From: a virus
Taxonomy: Duplodnaviria > Caudoviricetes
Virus record (IMG/VR): IMGVR_UViG_3300033148_005240
Span: 1-54,487 of that record
Length of the DNA stretch: 54,487 bases
Reading direction: 5' to 3' (one strand)
How positions within the stretch are numbered: the stretch's first letter is position 1; every line of letters starts with the position of its first letter. Shown piece by piece: positions 45,270 to 53,928 of this stretch. The notes below the pieces were generated by a model. The model made no database searches, was not told the origin of the DNA, and saw only the letters and a program-made list of their open reading frames with translations. The position numbers were made by a program, and so were the translations under genes.

Positions 45270-46508
45270 TTAATTTACCATCGCTTCTGTATAATCCGCA
45301 GAGGTTAGATGATAATATTCTCCAGTAGTTCCACCTTGTAATCCTGTTAAAGCATTATGATTAGTTGTGCTGATTTCTACTCTTGAAATAACTTCACTTC
45401 GCCAGTCGATATAATCATCACCTTCATCAGTAGAAATAACCCTTGCTTTCATCGTATTGTTATAATTATCTCTAGTTTGAAAAATTACAGTAGCTATGGG
45501 TCTAATTTCAGGAAAAAGAATATCATTTAATATAAGTTCTCGTATTTCTGATTCAGCTCCTGTTTGAGCTTTCGTTTTAGTTGTATAAGTATCCTGACCT
45601 ACTATTGCAATCATTGGTTTATCTTTTTCAGTAGTCGCAAATATGTGGCATAATACGAATTGAAGATTACCTACTTCAGTTAATTGCCAAGCACCACCAG
45701 TATATTCATTCCAAGCAAGTCTATCTTCGCCTGTTGAGCCTGTTTTTAAGACACTATATCCTGTATTAATCGTTTTATTCCAAGTAGGAGTAGCTCCTGT
45801 CATATAATAGATAGGAAGTCCAATAGTTGAAATTATAGCAGAAATATTGAAAAATAAATCTTCATCAGTAACTTCTCCAGTATCTATTCCAAATTGAGCA
45901 TCTTCATTATCATTACCATTTTGGTCAACAGAAAGAGTATTTAATCCTAGTCCCGATAAATATCTTAACCCTTCAGTAAAATGTAAATATGTATGAGTAA
46001 CTGGTGACATGTTTTTACCATGTCGTTCTTCGCCAATGTAAATACCTTCATTATCCGTAGCGTTCCAATAAACAATACTAACAAGAGCTTTAGTTTCTAT
46101 GAGAGAAACAATAGTTGTATATGAAGGATTGGCTACAGTTGTTAAGGTATCTCCATCATAATAAATAAAATGCACACCTTCCACATCTGTTATTTGAACG
46201 GTATCGCCAGTTGAGGAATATTTGACTCCTGCAATCCAATAATTAAAGGGAACACCTGTTGCTGTTGGTTGAATAGATAATGTTCTATCAGGGGTGGAGT
46301 CTGTCCAAGTCAATTCACTGTCTGTTCTATTCTCAAATCCATTTTGATTCCATTCAGATACTGTTGGAACTGCTATCCATGTAAATTTTTTAGTTGCAAA
46401 ATCATATTTAGGAACATAATTATCTACTTCAGAATTAGTAGATGCTAAATCTTTTGGAAATAAATCATCGTCCTTAAATTGACTCCCTCTAATTCGAGTT
46501 CTTCCCAT
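45270..46508 (-). CDS. virion fibre protein (5' part)
   Basis: 412 aa; ends HNALTGLQGGTTGEYYHLT, a fibre-type motif; AAGGA RBS. Confidence 0.65.
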   Translation of the reverse strand: MGRTRIRGSQFKDDDLFPKDLASTNSEVDNYVPKYDFATKKFTWIAVPTVSEWNQNGFENRTDSELTWTDSTPDRTLSIQPTATGVPFNYWIAGVKYSSTGDTVQITDVEGVHFIYYDGDTLTTVANPSYTTIVSLIETKALVSIVYWNATDNEGIYIGEERHGKNMSPVTHTYLHFTEGLRYLSGLGLNTLSVDQNGNDNEDAQFGIDTGEVTDEDLFFNISAIISTIGLPIYYMTGATPTWNKTINTGYSVLKTGSTGEDRLAWNEYTGGAWQLTEVGNLQFVLCHIFATTEKDKPMIAIVGQDTYTTKTKAQTGAESEIRELILNDILFPEIRPIATVIFQTRDNYNNTMKARVISTDEGDDYIDWRSEVISRVEISTTNHNALTGLQGGTTGEYYHLTSADYTEAMVN

Positions 46509-46660
46509 TATTTATTTTCCTTCTTTAAATTTTCATAATCTTTTTTAGAAATTATACCTTTTTTTATTAAAAGTATAATCAAATTTTCTAACAAAGATTG
46601 ATATTTCTTTTTATTATTTAATTCCTTAATTTTTTTAATATTACGAATTCTTCTAATCAT
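46508..46660 (-). CDS. small basic hypothetical protein (50 aa)
   Basis: TAATG-coupled at both ends; my own translation. Confidence 0.45.
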   Translation of the reverse strand: MIRRIRNIKKIKELNNKKKYQSLLENLIILLIKKGIISKKDYENLKKENK

Positions 46661-46950
46661 TATTCCTTTTCCTTTGTATTGGATTCTTTAAGCAATTGTG
46701 TTAATACTAAAATACTTCCATTAAGTTTAAATATTTCTCCAGTATTTATTTGAATATTTTTTTTCCAACTTTCAATAGCTTCTAAACCTTTTTTCTTTTG
46801 TTCTATAGCCCATTCTAATTTTTCTTGTATATTTTTTCGAAGTCTTATATTATCTTTTTTACGAATTTTTTCCATACGTTTTGTAGTTTTATCTATTTTA
46901 GCTTTTTGTTTTTTATTTAATCGATTATAATTTTTACCTCTAGGTTTCAT
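46660..46950 (-). CDS. hypothetical coiled-coil protein
   Basis: 96 aa with an AAGGA RBS. Confidence 0.55.
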   Translation of the reverse strand: MKPRGKNYNRLNKKQKAKIDKTTKRMEKIRKKDNIRLRKNIQEKLEWAIEQKKKGLEAIESWKKNIQINTGEIFKLNGSILVLTQLLKESNTKEKE

Positions 46951-46999
46951 AATATTCCTTTTTTAAGTTGTAATTTGATGTGTTTTTTAGATTTTTAGA

Positions 47000-47596
47000 T
47001 TACGTTATAATATAATCAGCAATAACTAAGTCAGAAGCATCAACCGCTTCAGCAAAAACTATGCTCGAACCATCAATCGTATAATCTTCACCAGTTCCAG
47101 GCTGTTGCAATAATCCATTGAGATATATATTAACTGTATTAGCAACAGGACTATTAGCGAGAGTATAATCAGTGTCTGAACCTGTATCAGGTTCAAGAAC
47201 TTCATTCCTAATTATATCATCATCAGTAATAACATCCCCGAAATCATCAACAGATAAAACACCAGCAGTAGCTGTTAAGCCAGTTCCAGCTATAGCAGTT
47301 ATAAGGTCAGCAATAGTATCTCTTTTAGTAGCATCTGAATCGGAATTATCAGTAATAGCTATACTATCAGAAGCAACATCTACTACAACTTCTCCAACTT
47401 CATTCAGGTCAACTTCTAAAGAACCATCACCATTTTGAGCTATACCGACACCAGCTACATCAGCGTTAATTTTATCCTTATCAACAGCATCATTGTTTAT
47501 CTGCAACGTCTCAATCGCACTATCAGCTATTTGAGCAGTATCTATGCCTTTATCTAAAATCTGAATTCCACGAATTCTTGTATTTCTATTTGCCAT
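47000..47596 (-). CDS. virion structural/decoration protein
   Basis: 198 aa, acidic; I..D.V...KI repeats and C-terminal YTLANSP....IYLNGLLQ....DYTI; TAAGGAGG RBS. Confidence 0.65.
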   Translation of the reverse strand: MANRNTRIRGIQILDKGIDTAQIADSAIETLQINNDAVDKDKINADVAGVGIAQNGDGSLEVDLNEVGEVVVDVASDSIAITDNSDSDATKRDTIADLITAIAGTGLTATAGVLSVDDFGDVITDDDIIRNEVLEPDTGSDTDYTLANSPVANTVNIYLNGLLQQPGTGEDYTIDGSSIVFAEAVDASDLVIADYIIT

Positions 47597-47725
47597 TAAA
47601 TTTTTCCTCCTTAAATAATATTTTCATTTTTAAGGTTCATTTTTCAATTTTCGGATTCTTTCGAATCAATTAGGGAATTTAACCTTTCCCAACACATCAA
47701 ATCACTCATTTTCATCATTAATTTT

Positions 47726-48004
47726 TTAAGTTTTATTTCGAAAACCAGACCCACCACAATCAATACAAACTTTATAACCTTGTCGTAATTTTGCACCGCA
47801 TGGACAATTTTCTAAAATTTTATTATCTTTTAAAGTTTTAAATAATTTATATAAATTTTCGTAAGTATTATTCATAATCTCTTGTCTAAAATAGCGAAAT
47901 TCCTTAGTGCGTTTATCAAATTTAAATTCCACTAAATCTAAAATTTTCTTCATGGTATTAAGACTTTTTAAGAATATTTCTCTGGCAATTTGTATTTTTT
48001 CCAT
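47726..48004 (-). CDS. hypothetical protein with a C-terminal zinc finger
   Basis: CPC...CIDCGGSG. Confidence 0.6.
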   Translation of the reverse strand: MEKIQIAREIFLKSLNTMKKILDLVEFKFDKRTKEFRYFRQEIMNNTYENLYKLFKTLKDNKILENCPCGAKLRQGYKVCIDCGGSGFRNKT

Positions 48005-48021
48005 TATTATTCCTTACTTTT

Positions 48022-48372
48022 TTAAACCGAACTTTCAAGATATTCTACTTCTACATAATCAAGTGCAAGGTCTATAGAATCTAAAAGAGTAAATAACCTA
48101 TTTGAGTCTTCTTGAATTTGAGAAATTTTTTCTTTTATACCATTTATATATACTTTCAAACTGCCTGAAGCGTAAAAAGAAGATGTTTGAAATTGTAACC
48201 CACTTACATGAGTAGGAACTTCTTGCTTTAAATTAGATTCTGTATATCTTCTATAATAATCTAAAATATCTATGACTTTTAATTCGACTGTAATTATTTC
48301 TTTTTCTACGAGTTCGACATTGATTAATTCTTTTTCAATAATTTCTACTTCAAAATTTCCTTGCAATGCCAT
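48022..48372 (-). CDS. putative virion protein
   Basis: 116 aa; SLKVYINGI motif like the C-terminus of 47000-47596. Confidence 0.55.
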   Translation of the reverse strand: MALQGNFEVEIIEKELINVELVEKEIITVELKVIDILDYYRRYTESNLKQEVPTHVSGLQFQTSSFYASGSLKVYINGIKEKISQIQEDSNRLFTLLDSIDLALDYVEVEYLESSV

Positions 48373-48382
48373 TATATTTTCC

Positions 48383-48727
48383 TTATTCTCTCGTTTTTCT
48401 AACCGATTCTATTATTTTCAACTTTCCTTGACAAAATACCCCTTCTTGGTCATCATCGTCTTTCCAGTCCACACTGAAATAATAATTCCCTGCATCTATA
48501 TTAGTATCAATAGCTTCTAAAGTTATTAAAGTTTTGCCTTTTTTAGGGTCGCTATGAGAAGTAATTGTTTTTGAAATTTTTGCATTAGCATCTGAATCAT
48601 TCATATTAGATTTAGCAGTAAAATAAACTGTCCAATCAGTTATATCCTGATATACTCCATTTTTTTTGAATGTTAATTCATAAATTCTAGTAGTTTTTTT
48701 GGTAATTTCTAAGTCTTTATGTGTCAT
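48383..48727 (-). CDS. BppU N-terminal-like structural protein
   Basis: DITDWTVYFTAK..D.DA...KT...G...ITL...DT....G.YY pattern. Confidence 0.55.
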   Translation of the reverse strand: MTHKDLEITKKTTRIYELTFKKNGVYQDITDWTVYFTAKSNMNDSDANAKISKTITSHSDPKKGKTLITLEAIDTNIDAGNYYFSVDWKDDDDQEGVFCQGKLKIIESVRKTRE

Positions 48728-48745
48728 ATCTTTCTCCTTATATTT

Positions 48746-49327
48746 TTAATCCCACTCTAGCACATTTGATACTCCCAAACCGAGAGTAAACCTGTTAATT
48801 AATTTTTCTATTCTGTCTTCTTTTGAAATTCTATGACTATATCTTACAGTTAAAGTCGGTAAAATATATTGAGTCCAATCTGGTTTAATTAAAATCGAGG
48901 CTATTAATACTATAAGGTCAAGGGTGCGATTGTCAGGCGTGGGAAAAATGTCTCCATTCTCTAATTCAAAATCATTTTCGCTAGCATCGAATACACTCAT
49001 CCACACTAAACTTGCTTTAATCCATTCATCTAATTCTGTAGTGCTATATTTATAATAGGTATAATAAATAATTATAACATCCCCATTCACTAAATCATTT
49101 CCAGTATTAGGAGTAATTTCTACTTCATATAATTCGGAATCAAAAGAATATTCCCCTAAACCAAGTGGCACTCCATTTTTAGTAACTTGAGTTATAGATT
49201 CTATATTTTCTTCAGCAAGGGTGAAAATAGCAGGATTAGTATAGGTAAAACTTTCTTTATCAGATTTTATAATATCATTTACAAGTGCTCTAATTTTTGC
49301 TCTTAAAGTTTCTATTGTTGATAACAT
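48746..49327 (-). CDS. head-tail adaptor/connector-like protein
   Basis: LRAKIRALVND...YSTTELDEWI helical frame with an inserted beta domain; downstream of the capsid gene. Confidence 0.45.
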   Translation of the reverse strand: MLSTIETLRAKIRALVNDIIKSDKESFTYTNPAIFTLAEENIESITQVTKNGVPLGLGEYSFDSELYEVEITPNTGNDLVNGDVIIIYYTYYKYSTTELDEWIKASLVWMSVFDASENDFELENGDIFPTPDNRTLDLIVLIASILIKPDWTQYILPTLTVRYSHRISKEDRIEKLINRFTLGLGVSNVLEWD

Positions 49328-49328
49328 A

Positions 49329-49526
49329 TTATTTTACTCCTTTAATTTTTATTCCTCCAAAAAATCCAGCTCTCACTCTAGTTACTAAATCGCAATGAGA
49401 GTTGTCACAAATTATAACCTGTTTGCTTTTATCAAAATATCTAAATATAGTGCCTTGTTTACCGCAAATATCACATTTCTTATTTTCGAACCAACTTTTT
49501 CTTTTAAAATTTCTATTCTTCTGCAT
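49329..49526 (-). CDS. small zinc-finger protein
   Basis: CDICGK...CDNSHC. Confidence 0.55.
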   Translation of the reverse strand: MQKNRNFKRKSWFENKKCDICGKQGTIFRYFDKSKQVIICDNSHCDLVTRVRAGFFGGIKIKGVK

Positions 49527-49986
49527 TATCTTTCCTTATTTTTTGAGTAGGTTGTGAAATATATTGTCTAAATAATAATGCCTCGACTCCTCTATCTTTT
49601 AAATATCTAAAACCATTTCTTTCTAAAACTCTCATTAAAGGATTTAATTTTTTAATTTTTGCATATAAATCGGTTTTAATTGACCAATTTACTATTTTAA
49701 GCAATCTACTAGCAGAATTTTCGTCTTTGGCTAAAATTTTTAAATATATTCTTTTTGCTTTGTCCGAAAACCCATATATTAGAATTATTCCATCTTCTTC
49801 TCCAAAAATTATTTTATCGCCTTTTTGAAGACATTCAAATAAAATATCTTGATTTTCTCGAAGGAATAATCTTAAATTTGACCGAGTAACATAAAAATCT
49901 TTATAGATGTCTGTAATTTCATTCAATAAATTTTCAATAATTACTTTATCTTTTTTTGATAATTTGCCAGATTTAAATTGTATCAC
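49513..49986 (-). CDS. hypothetical protein, possible GNAT fold
   Basis: A.RLL...LYAKI..LNP...VLERNGF resembles the GNAT C-terminal motif. Confidence 0.4.
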   Translation of the reverse strand: MIQFKSGKLSKKDKVIIENLLNEITDIYKDFYVTRSNLRLFLRENQDILFECLQKGDKIIFGEEDGIILIYGFSDKAKRIYLKILAKDENSASRLLKIVNWSIKTDLYAKIKKLNPLMRVLERNGFRYLKDRGVEALLFRQYISQPTQKIRKDNAEE

Positions 49987-50659
49987 AAGATTCCTCCATA
50001 TATTTTTGAAAATATTTTGTCCAATATTTTCTATTTGTATTTGTTCGTCTATGGCAACCCATACATAACGATATTAAATTATTTAAAATACTATTTTCTT
50101 TATTATAATCGATATGATGACAATCTAATTGCTTGCCATTTTCTAATTGAGAACAACCACATTCCCTACATTTATAACCATCTCTAAATCTAACTTGCTC
50201 TTTTAAAGCATTATCGAATTCTGCACCGTATTCTGAATTCTCTCCAGGAATACCTGTTCCCCCTGCACTACAAGAACGACATAACCCTGAACCATAAAAC
50301 CAAGACCAGTAACTAATTTTTTTATTACAATTTTTACAATGATGAATTTCAGTATATCTACCGTCTATATAATTTCCGTTTTTATTTCCAATTCTTTTAC
50401 TATTAATTTTACTTAAATCTGGTCGCTTATGACCTTTTTTAGATTCACTTATTTTTAATCGAACTTCTAATTTTTTTGAAGGATTTTTATTGCCTGAAAT
50501 ATCTGCATGTGCTTCGGATTTATTTCTTATTTTAATATTAAGTCTCTTTAAATTTCTCCAAATAGTTGAAGGACTGTGATTAGTTTCTTCAGCAATTTGC
50601 TTTAAAGGTTTTTTATTTATTTTATATTTTTTTATTAAAAGTTGTTTTGTTAATTTCAT
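49973..50659 (-). CDS. HNH endonuclease with HTH and NUMOD-like N-terminus
   Basis: LKEQVRFRDGYKCRECG..LDCHHIDYNK.N....NLISLCMGCH. Confidence 0.85.
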   Translation of the reverse strand: MKLTKQLLIKKYKINKKPLKQIAEETNHSPSTIWRNLKRLNIKIRNKSEAHADISGNKNPSKKLEVRLKISESKKGHKRPDLSKINSKRIGNKNGNYIDGRYTEIHHCKNCNKKISYWSWFYGSGLCRSCSAGGTGIPGENSEYGAEFDNALKEQVRFRDGYKCRECGCSQLENGKQLDCHHIDYNKENSILNNLISLCMGCHRRTNTNRKYWTKYFQKYMEESCDTI

Positions 50660-50678
50660 TTTTGCCTTACTTTTAGAA

Positions 50679-50710
50679 TCTTAGGGGAAGTTTTGAGGCT
50701 TCCCCCAAGA
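50679..50710 (-). terminator. GC-rich hairpin after the major capsid gene
   Basis: Minus-strand TCTTGGGGGAAG-loop-CTTCCCCTAAGA, 11 nt after the capsid stop. Confidence 0.6.
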
Positions 50711-50721
50711 ATAATTATCGA

Positions 50722-51663
50722 TTAGAGAATATCGGTAGCGTCGCACAAACATAGAGCCTTCGGGTTAGTGATTGTCATGGCTATCGATTCATATCCATAT
50801 ATCCCATAGGCGAGTGTCTTAACATTTGCATCTGTAAGAACAGGTGTCGGATTGACAATAACTGCTCTTTGAGCTGTCTCAACAGTTGCTCCCATTAACT
50901 TAGCTATATCAGCAGAAATCTTCCTTCTTACGAATTTTACAGGTTTGCCATCGGCAATTCTGCTATTTCTTGCAACAAGAATCATCTTTTTCTTAGCTAA
51001 AAGGTCTACACTATTAAGCTGACCAAATACCTTAACAACTTCGATTCCGAGACGTTTTAGTGTCTCCAGAATACCTATCCTATATTCAAACGTAGCAACA
51101 TTGTCTTTATCATAGGTGTCCAGCTTTTCTTTCACTGTTGACCCACAAAGAAGAACAAATTTATCTCCATAATCTTCAACTAGGTGTTTCATCTCTAAAA
51201 TAGCATCGTAAAGGTCTAATCCTGTTACGCTAACTACTTCTGGTAATACACCTGGAAATGCTCCTGCTGTCAAATTAACGATAGCATCCATTATATTTTT
51301 AACTTCTTTCTTATCCATCGACCTTGTAATAGAAGCTTTTCTTCGAGCTAATACTTGTGTATTATCAGTTTCTCCAAGAATTTCATCTATCTCAACATAT
51401 TCTAACTTCGAACTTAATCCACTAAATGTAATCTCTGCATCACCTGTCGGGGTCTTTTTAACTGCATTAATCGTTCCAGCACCATCAACAGCGTAAACTG
51501 CATCACCGTAGTTAGGGTCAAATTCAGTGTATCTCCACACCTTTTCGCCCACTTCGGCTGTCATTACGTCTGCTATCGCAGATAACTCAAAAGGAACTGG
51601 TTTACTTGGGTCTATCGGTTGTCCAACTTGCTTTGCAATTTCTAAAAAAATATTGTTATCCAT
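50722..51663 (-). CDS. major capsid protein
   Basis: 313 aa directly after the protease/scaffold and followed by a hairpin; HK97-like layout with a long helix (LARRKASITRSMDKKE) and C-terminal YG...TNPKA. Confidence 0.7.
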   Translation of the reverse strand: MDNNIFLEIAKQVGQPIDPSKPVPFELSAIADVMTAEVGEKVWRYTEFDPNYGDAVYAVDGAGTINAVKKTPTGDAEITFSGLSSKLEYVEIDEILGETDNTQVLARRKASITRSMDKKEVKNIMDAIVNLTAGAFPGVLPEVVSVTGLDLYDAILEMKHLVEDYGDKFVLLCGSTVKEKLDTYDKDNVATFEYRIGILETLKRLGIEVVKVFGQLNSVDLLAKKKMILVARNSRIADGKPVKFVRRKISADIAKLMGATVETAQRAVIVNPTPVLTDANVKTLAYGIYGYESIAMTITNPKALCLCDATDIL

Positions 51664-51772
51664 TATATTTTCCTCTTATACTTTATTTTTAGGTATATCT
51701 TTTTCTTTTCTATCTGTTTTTGCATTTATCTTTGCTAAATATCTTTACTATCTTATTCCGATAGCTGGATTA

Positions 51773-53899
51773 TTATTCTGATGTTTTAAACGCTTCATCA
51801 TCAATAGCTTTACGCTTTTTAGCATACCATTTATCGTCATGTTTATATTTCTTACCAGATATATCATTACCTGTATTTAATTCGGTAACTTTAGCTTTGG
51901 TTAATTCTTTTTCAGCCTTTACTTTACCAAATTTATCGTCATTAAGAATTTCTTCATCTGTCAACTTAGTATCGCCTAATTCCTGTCGCCTTGCTATAAT
52001 CGTTTTAGCATTTTCAGCATATAATTTAACTTTATTTTCAAGAGAGGTTTTCTCTTTTCTTAAAGTCTTTATCATTTTAGCAAGTTTTTTAATACCGGCT
52101 TTAAAACGGTCTTCCTTAGATATTTCTACTTTAGGTTTTTCCGTTTTAGATATAAGGTCGGCTTTTTCTTTTGGTGTTGCTTTCTCAGTTGCTTCAACCT
52201 TAATCTCTTTTTTAGGCTCAACTTTAGGTTCTTCGGCTTTAGGAGTTTCCTTAGCTTCTGGCTTCTCTATTGCCTTTTCAACCTTCTTATCTTCTTTCTT
52301 CTCCTCAACTTTAGGCTCTTCAACTTTTTCGACAGTTTTGGGAGTCTTTTCCGCTTTTGGAGTTTCTTTAGCTTCTTCTTTTTCTTCAACTTTAGTTTTT
52401 TCTGTTACAGTAGTAGCTAAAACATTTACTTCTTTATCGTCTTTTTTTGAAATATCCGTATCATTAACTTTATCCTTTTTAGGGATTTCAGCTTTAATTT
52501 CCATCTTTTCTTTTTCTTTACCTTCAATCTTTACTTCCTCTGTAACTTCCTTTTTAGCAATTTTATCCATTTCTTTCTTAACTTCAATCTTCTTTTCAGA
52601 AGCTTTTTTAACTTCTTTCTTCATTTCTTTTCCTCCTTCTTCCGAAGATTCCTTTGACTTATCTATTTCAGTTTCCTTTTTAGGAATGACTTCTTCTATT
52701 TTTGTAATATTTTTATATCTATCGTGACTTATATCGTAAGAAAATGTTAATCCACATCTCTTACATTTAATTGACCTTGTTTTTACTGACGAAACTCCAG
52801 CTACATAAATCGGAGTATGACATTGTAAACAACTTACTTTACTTGTATAAAGAAAATTAAAATCATCAGCAATATTATGTTCTTTCTTAGTTGCAAAAGT
52901 TAAATCATATTCTTTTGAACAACCCATACATCTAACTTTATTTTTATCTTCTTTCTTAGATAAAATTAACCAATTATTCATTTTACAACTTGGACATAGC
53001 ATTTTAAAATCTTTAATTTGGGGAGGGTAAATCATATTTCCGCTTTTGTCTAAAATTGCAAAACATTTCGGGCATTTGATTTTATCTATTACACCAGAAT
53101 CAAATTCTTCGCCACAATTTGAACATTTAATTTTAGAAATAGTTTGAGTTGTCTTTTCTTCCAATTCTTGTTTAGTAATAAAACGCTCTGTCCCATCTTT
53201 TTGAATTTCTTCAGCTTTAACTAATTCGCATTTACCATTTTTACAAGTAATTATTTCATCCTCTTTATGTTTAGAAGCATAAACTAATTCTAAATTTAAT
53301 TCTTTTTTATTTTTTGCAATAGCAAGCACTTTAGCATCTTTAAATGCTGGTTCATTATTCTTATCTTCATATATAAGTGCTCCACCTGCTATTTCCATTT
53401 GATGTAATTCATAAGAACCGTCTTCTTTAATAGTTCTTTTATCTTTTGGACTCCAAATTTCAAAAGAAGTAGAAAGCTTTTTCTTTTTCATTAATGTTTT
53501 AGCTTCTTCAAATTCTTTTTCAAAATTTGTTTTATAATAAATACCATAGGCATTTATTTGACTATCTTTCTGTTTATACCTATAATCTATATAATGTCCA
53601 ACCACAAACCTTCTTTCATGATTGATATTTATAGGTTTCCCTACTATTTGAGGAAGAACACGCAATAATTCTTTTTTAGGAAGAATAGCTCCATTTGAGT
53701 TAGGTTGGTCAGTAAAGGCATATATCGTCTTAAAAACAGCCAAATCTCTCGAACCTTTAATTTTAATACCCCTTGCTTCAGCTATCTTTTCTATTTCGTT
53801 CTTTTCTTTACTGCCTTCTTCAAGAATAATGGTCTCTGAATTCTCTTCAAAATCATTTAAAAATTCTTGAACCTCTACATTAGTTATTTTTTTATCCAT
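51773..53899 (-). CDS. prohead protease-scaffold fusion with zinc ribbons
   Basis: N.NG....E......IVGKPININH..VVG..STSFEI protease domain; six CxxC; Lys/Glu-rich linker; C-terminal coiled coil. Confidence 0.7.
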   Translation of the reverse strand: MDKKITNVEVQEFLNDFEENSETIILEEGSKEKNEIEKIAEARGIKIKGSRDLAVFKTIYAFTDQPNSNGAILPKKELLRVLPQIVGKPININHERRFVVGHYIDYRYKQKDSQINAYGIYYKTNFEKEFEEAKTLMKKKKLSTSFEIWSPKDKRTIKEDGSYELHQMEIAGGALIYEDKNNEPAFKDAKVLAIAKNKKELNLELVYASKHKEDEIITCKNGKCELVKAEEIQKDGTERFITKQELEEKTTQTISKIKCSNCGEEFDSGVIDKIKCPKCFAILDKSGNMIYPPQIKDFKMLCPSCKMNNWLILSKKEDKNKVRCMGCSKEYDLTFATKKEHNIADDFNFLYTSKVSCLQCHTPIYVAGVSSVKTRSIKCKRCGLTFSYDISHDRYKNITKIEEVIPKKETEIDKSKESSEEGGKEMKKEVKKASEKKIEVKKEMDKIAKKEVTEEVKIEGKEKEKMEIKAEIPKKDKVNDTDISKKDDKEVNVLATTVTEKTKVEEKEEAKETPKAEKTPKTVEKVEEPKVEEKKEDKKVEKAIEKPEAKETPKAEEPKVEPKKEIKVEATEKATPKEKADLISKTEKPKVEISKEDRFKAGIKKLAKMIKTLRKEKTSLENKVKLYAENAKTIIARRQELGDTKLTDEEILNDDKFGKVKAEKELTKAKVTELNTGNDISGKKYKHDDKWYAKKRKAIDDEAFKTSE

Positions 53900-53928
53900 A
53901 AAATTATTTCCTCCTTGATTTTTTACTT

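Noticed and set aside
3126-50659. Group I introns or inteins hosting the endonucleases
   Set aside because: The endonuclease genes sit between complete genes with almost no flanking non-coding sequence; no split host gene or intein termini seen
1062-51781. Many short ORFs opposite or inside longer genes (e.g. 1062-1469, 5116-5409, 21188-21484, 36508-36855, 37552-37926, 39713-40036, 47172-47438)
   Set aside because: They overlap better-supported genes, have no recognisable motifs, and break the clear two-block strand organisation
51897-52727. 276-aa + strand Ser/Phe/Leu-rich ORF
   Set aside because: Antisense shadow of the Lys/Glu-rich scaffold linker; its composition is what the reverse complement of AAA/GAA codons gives
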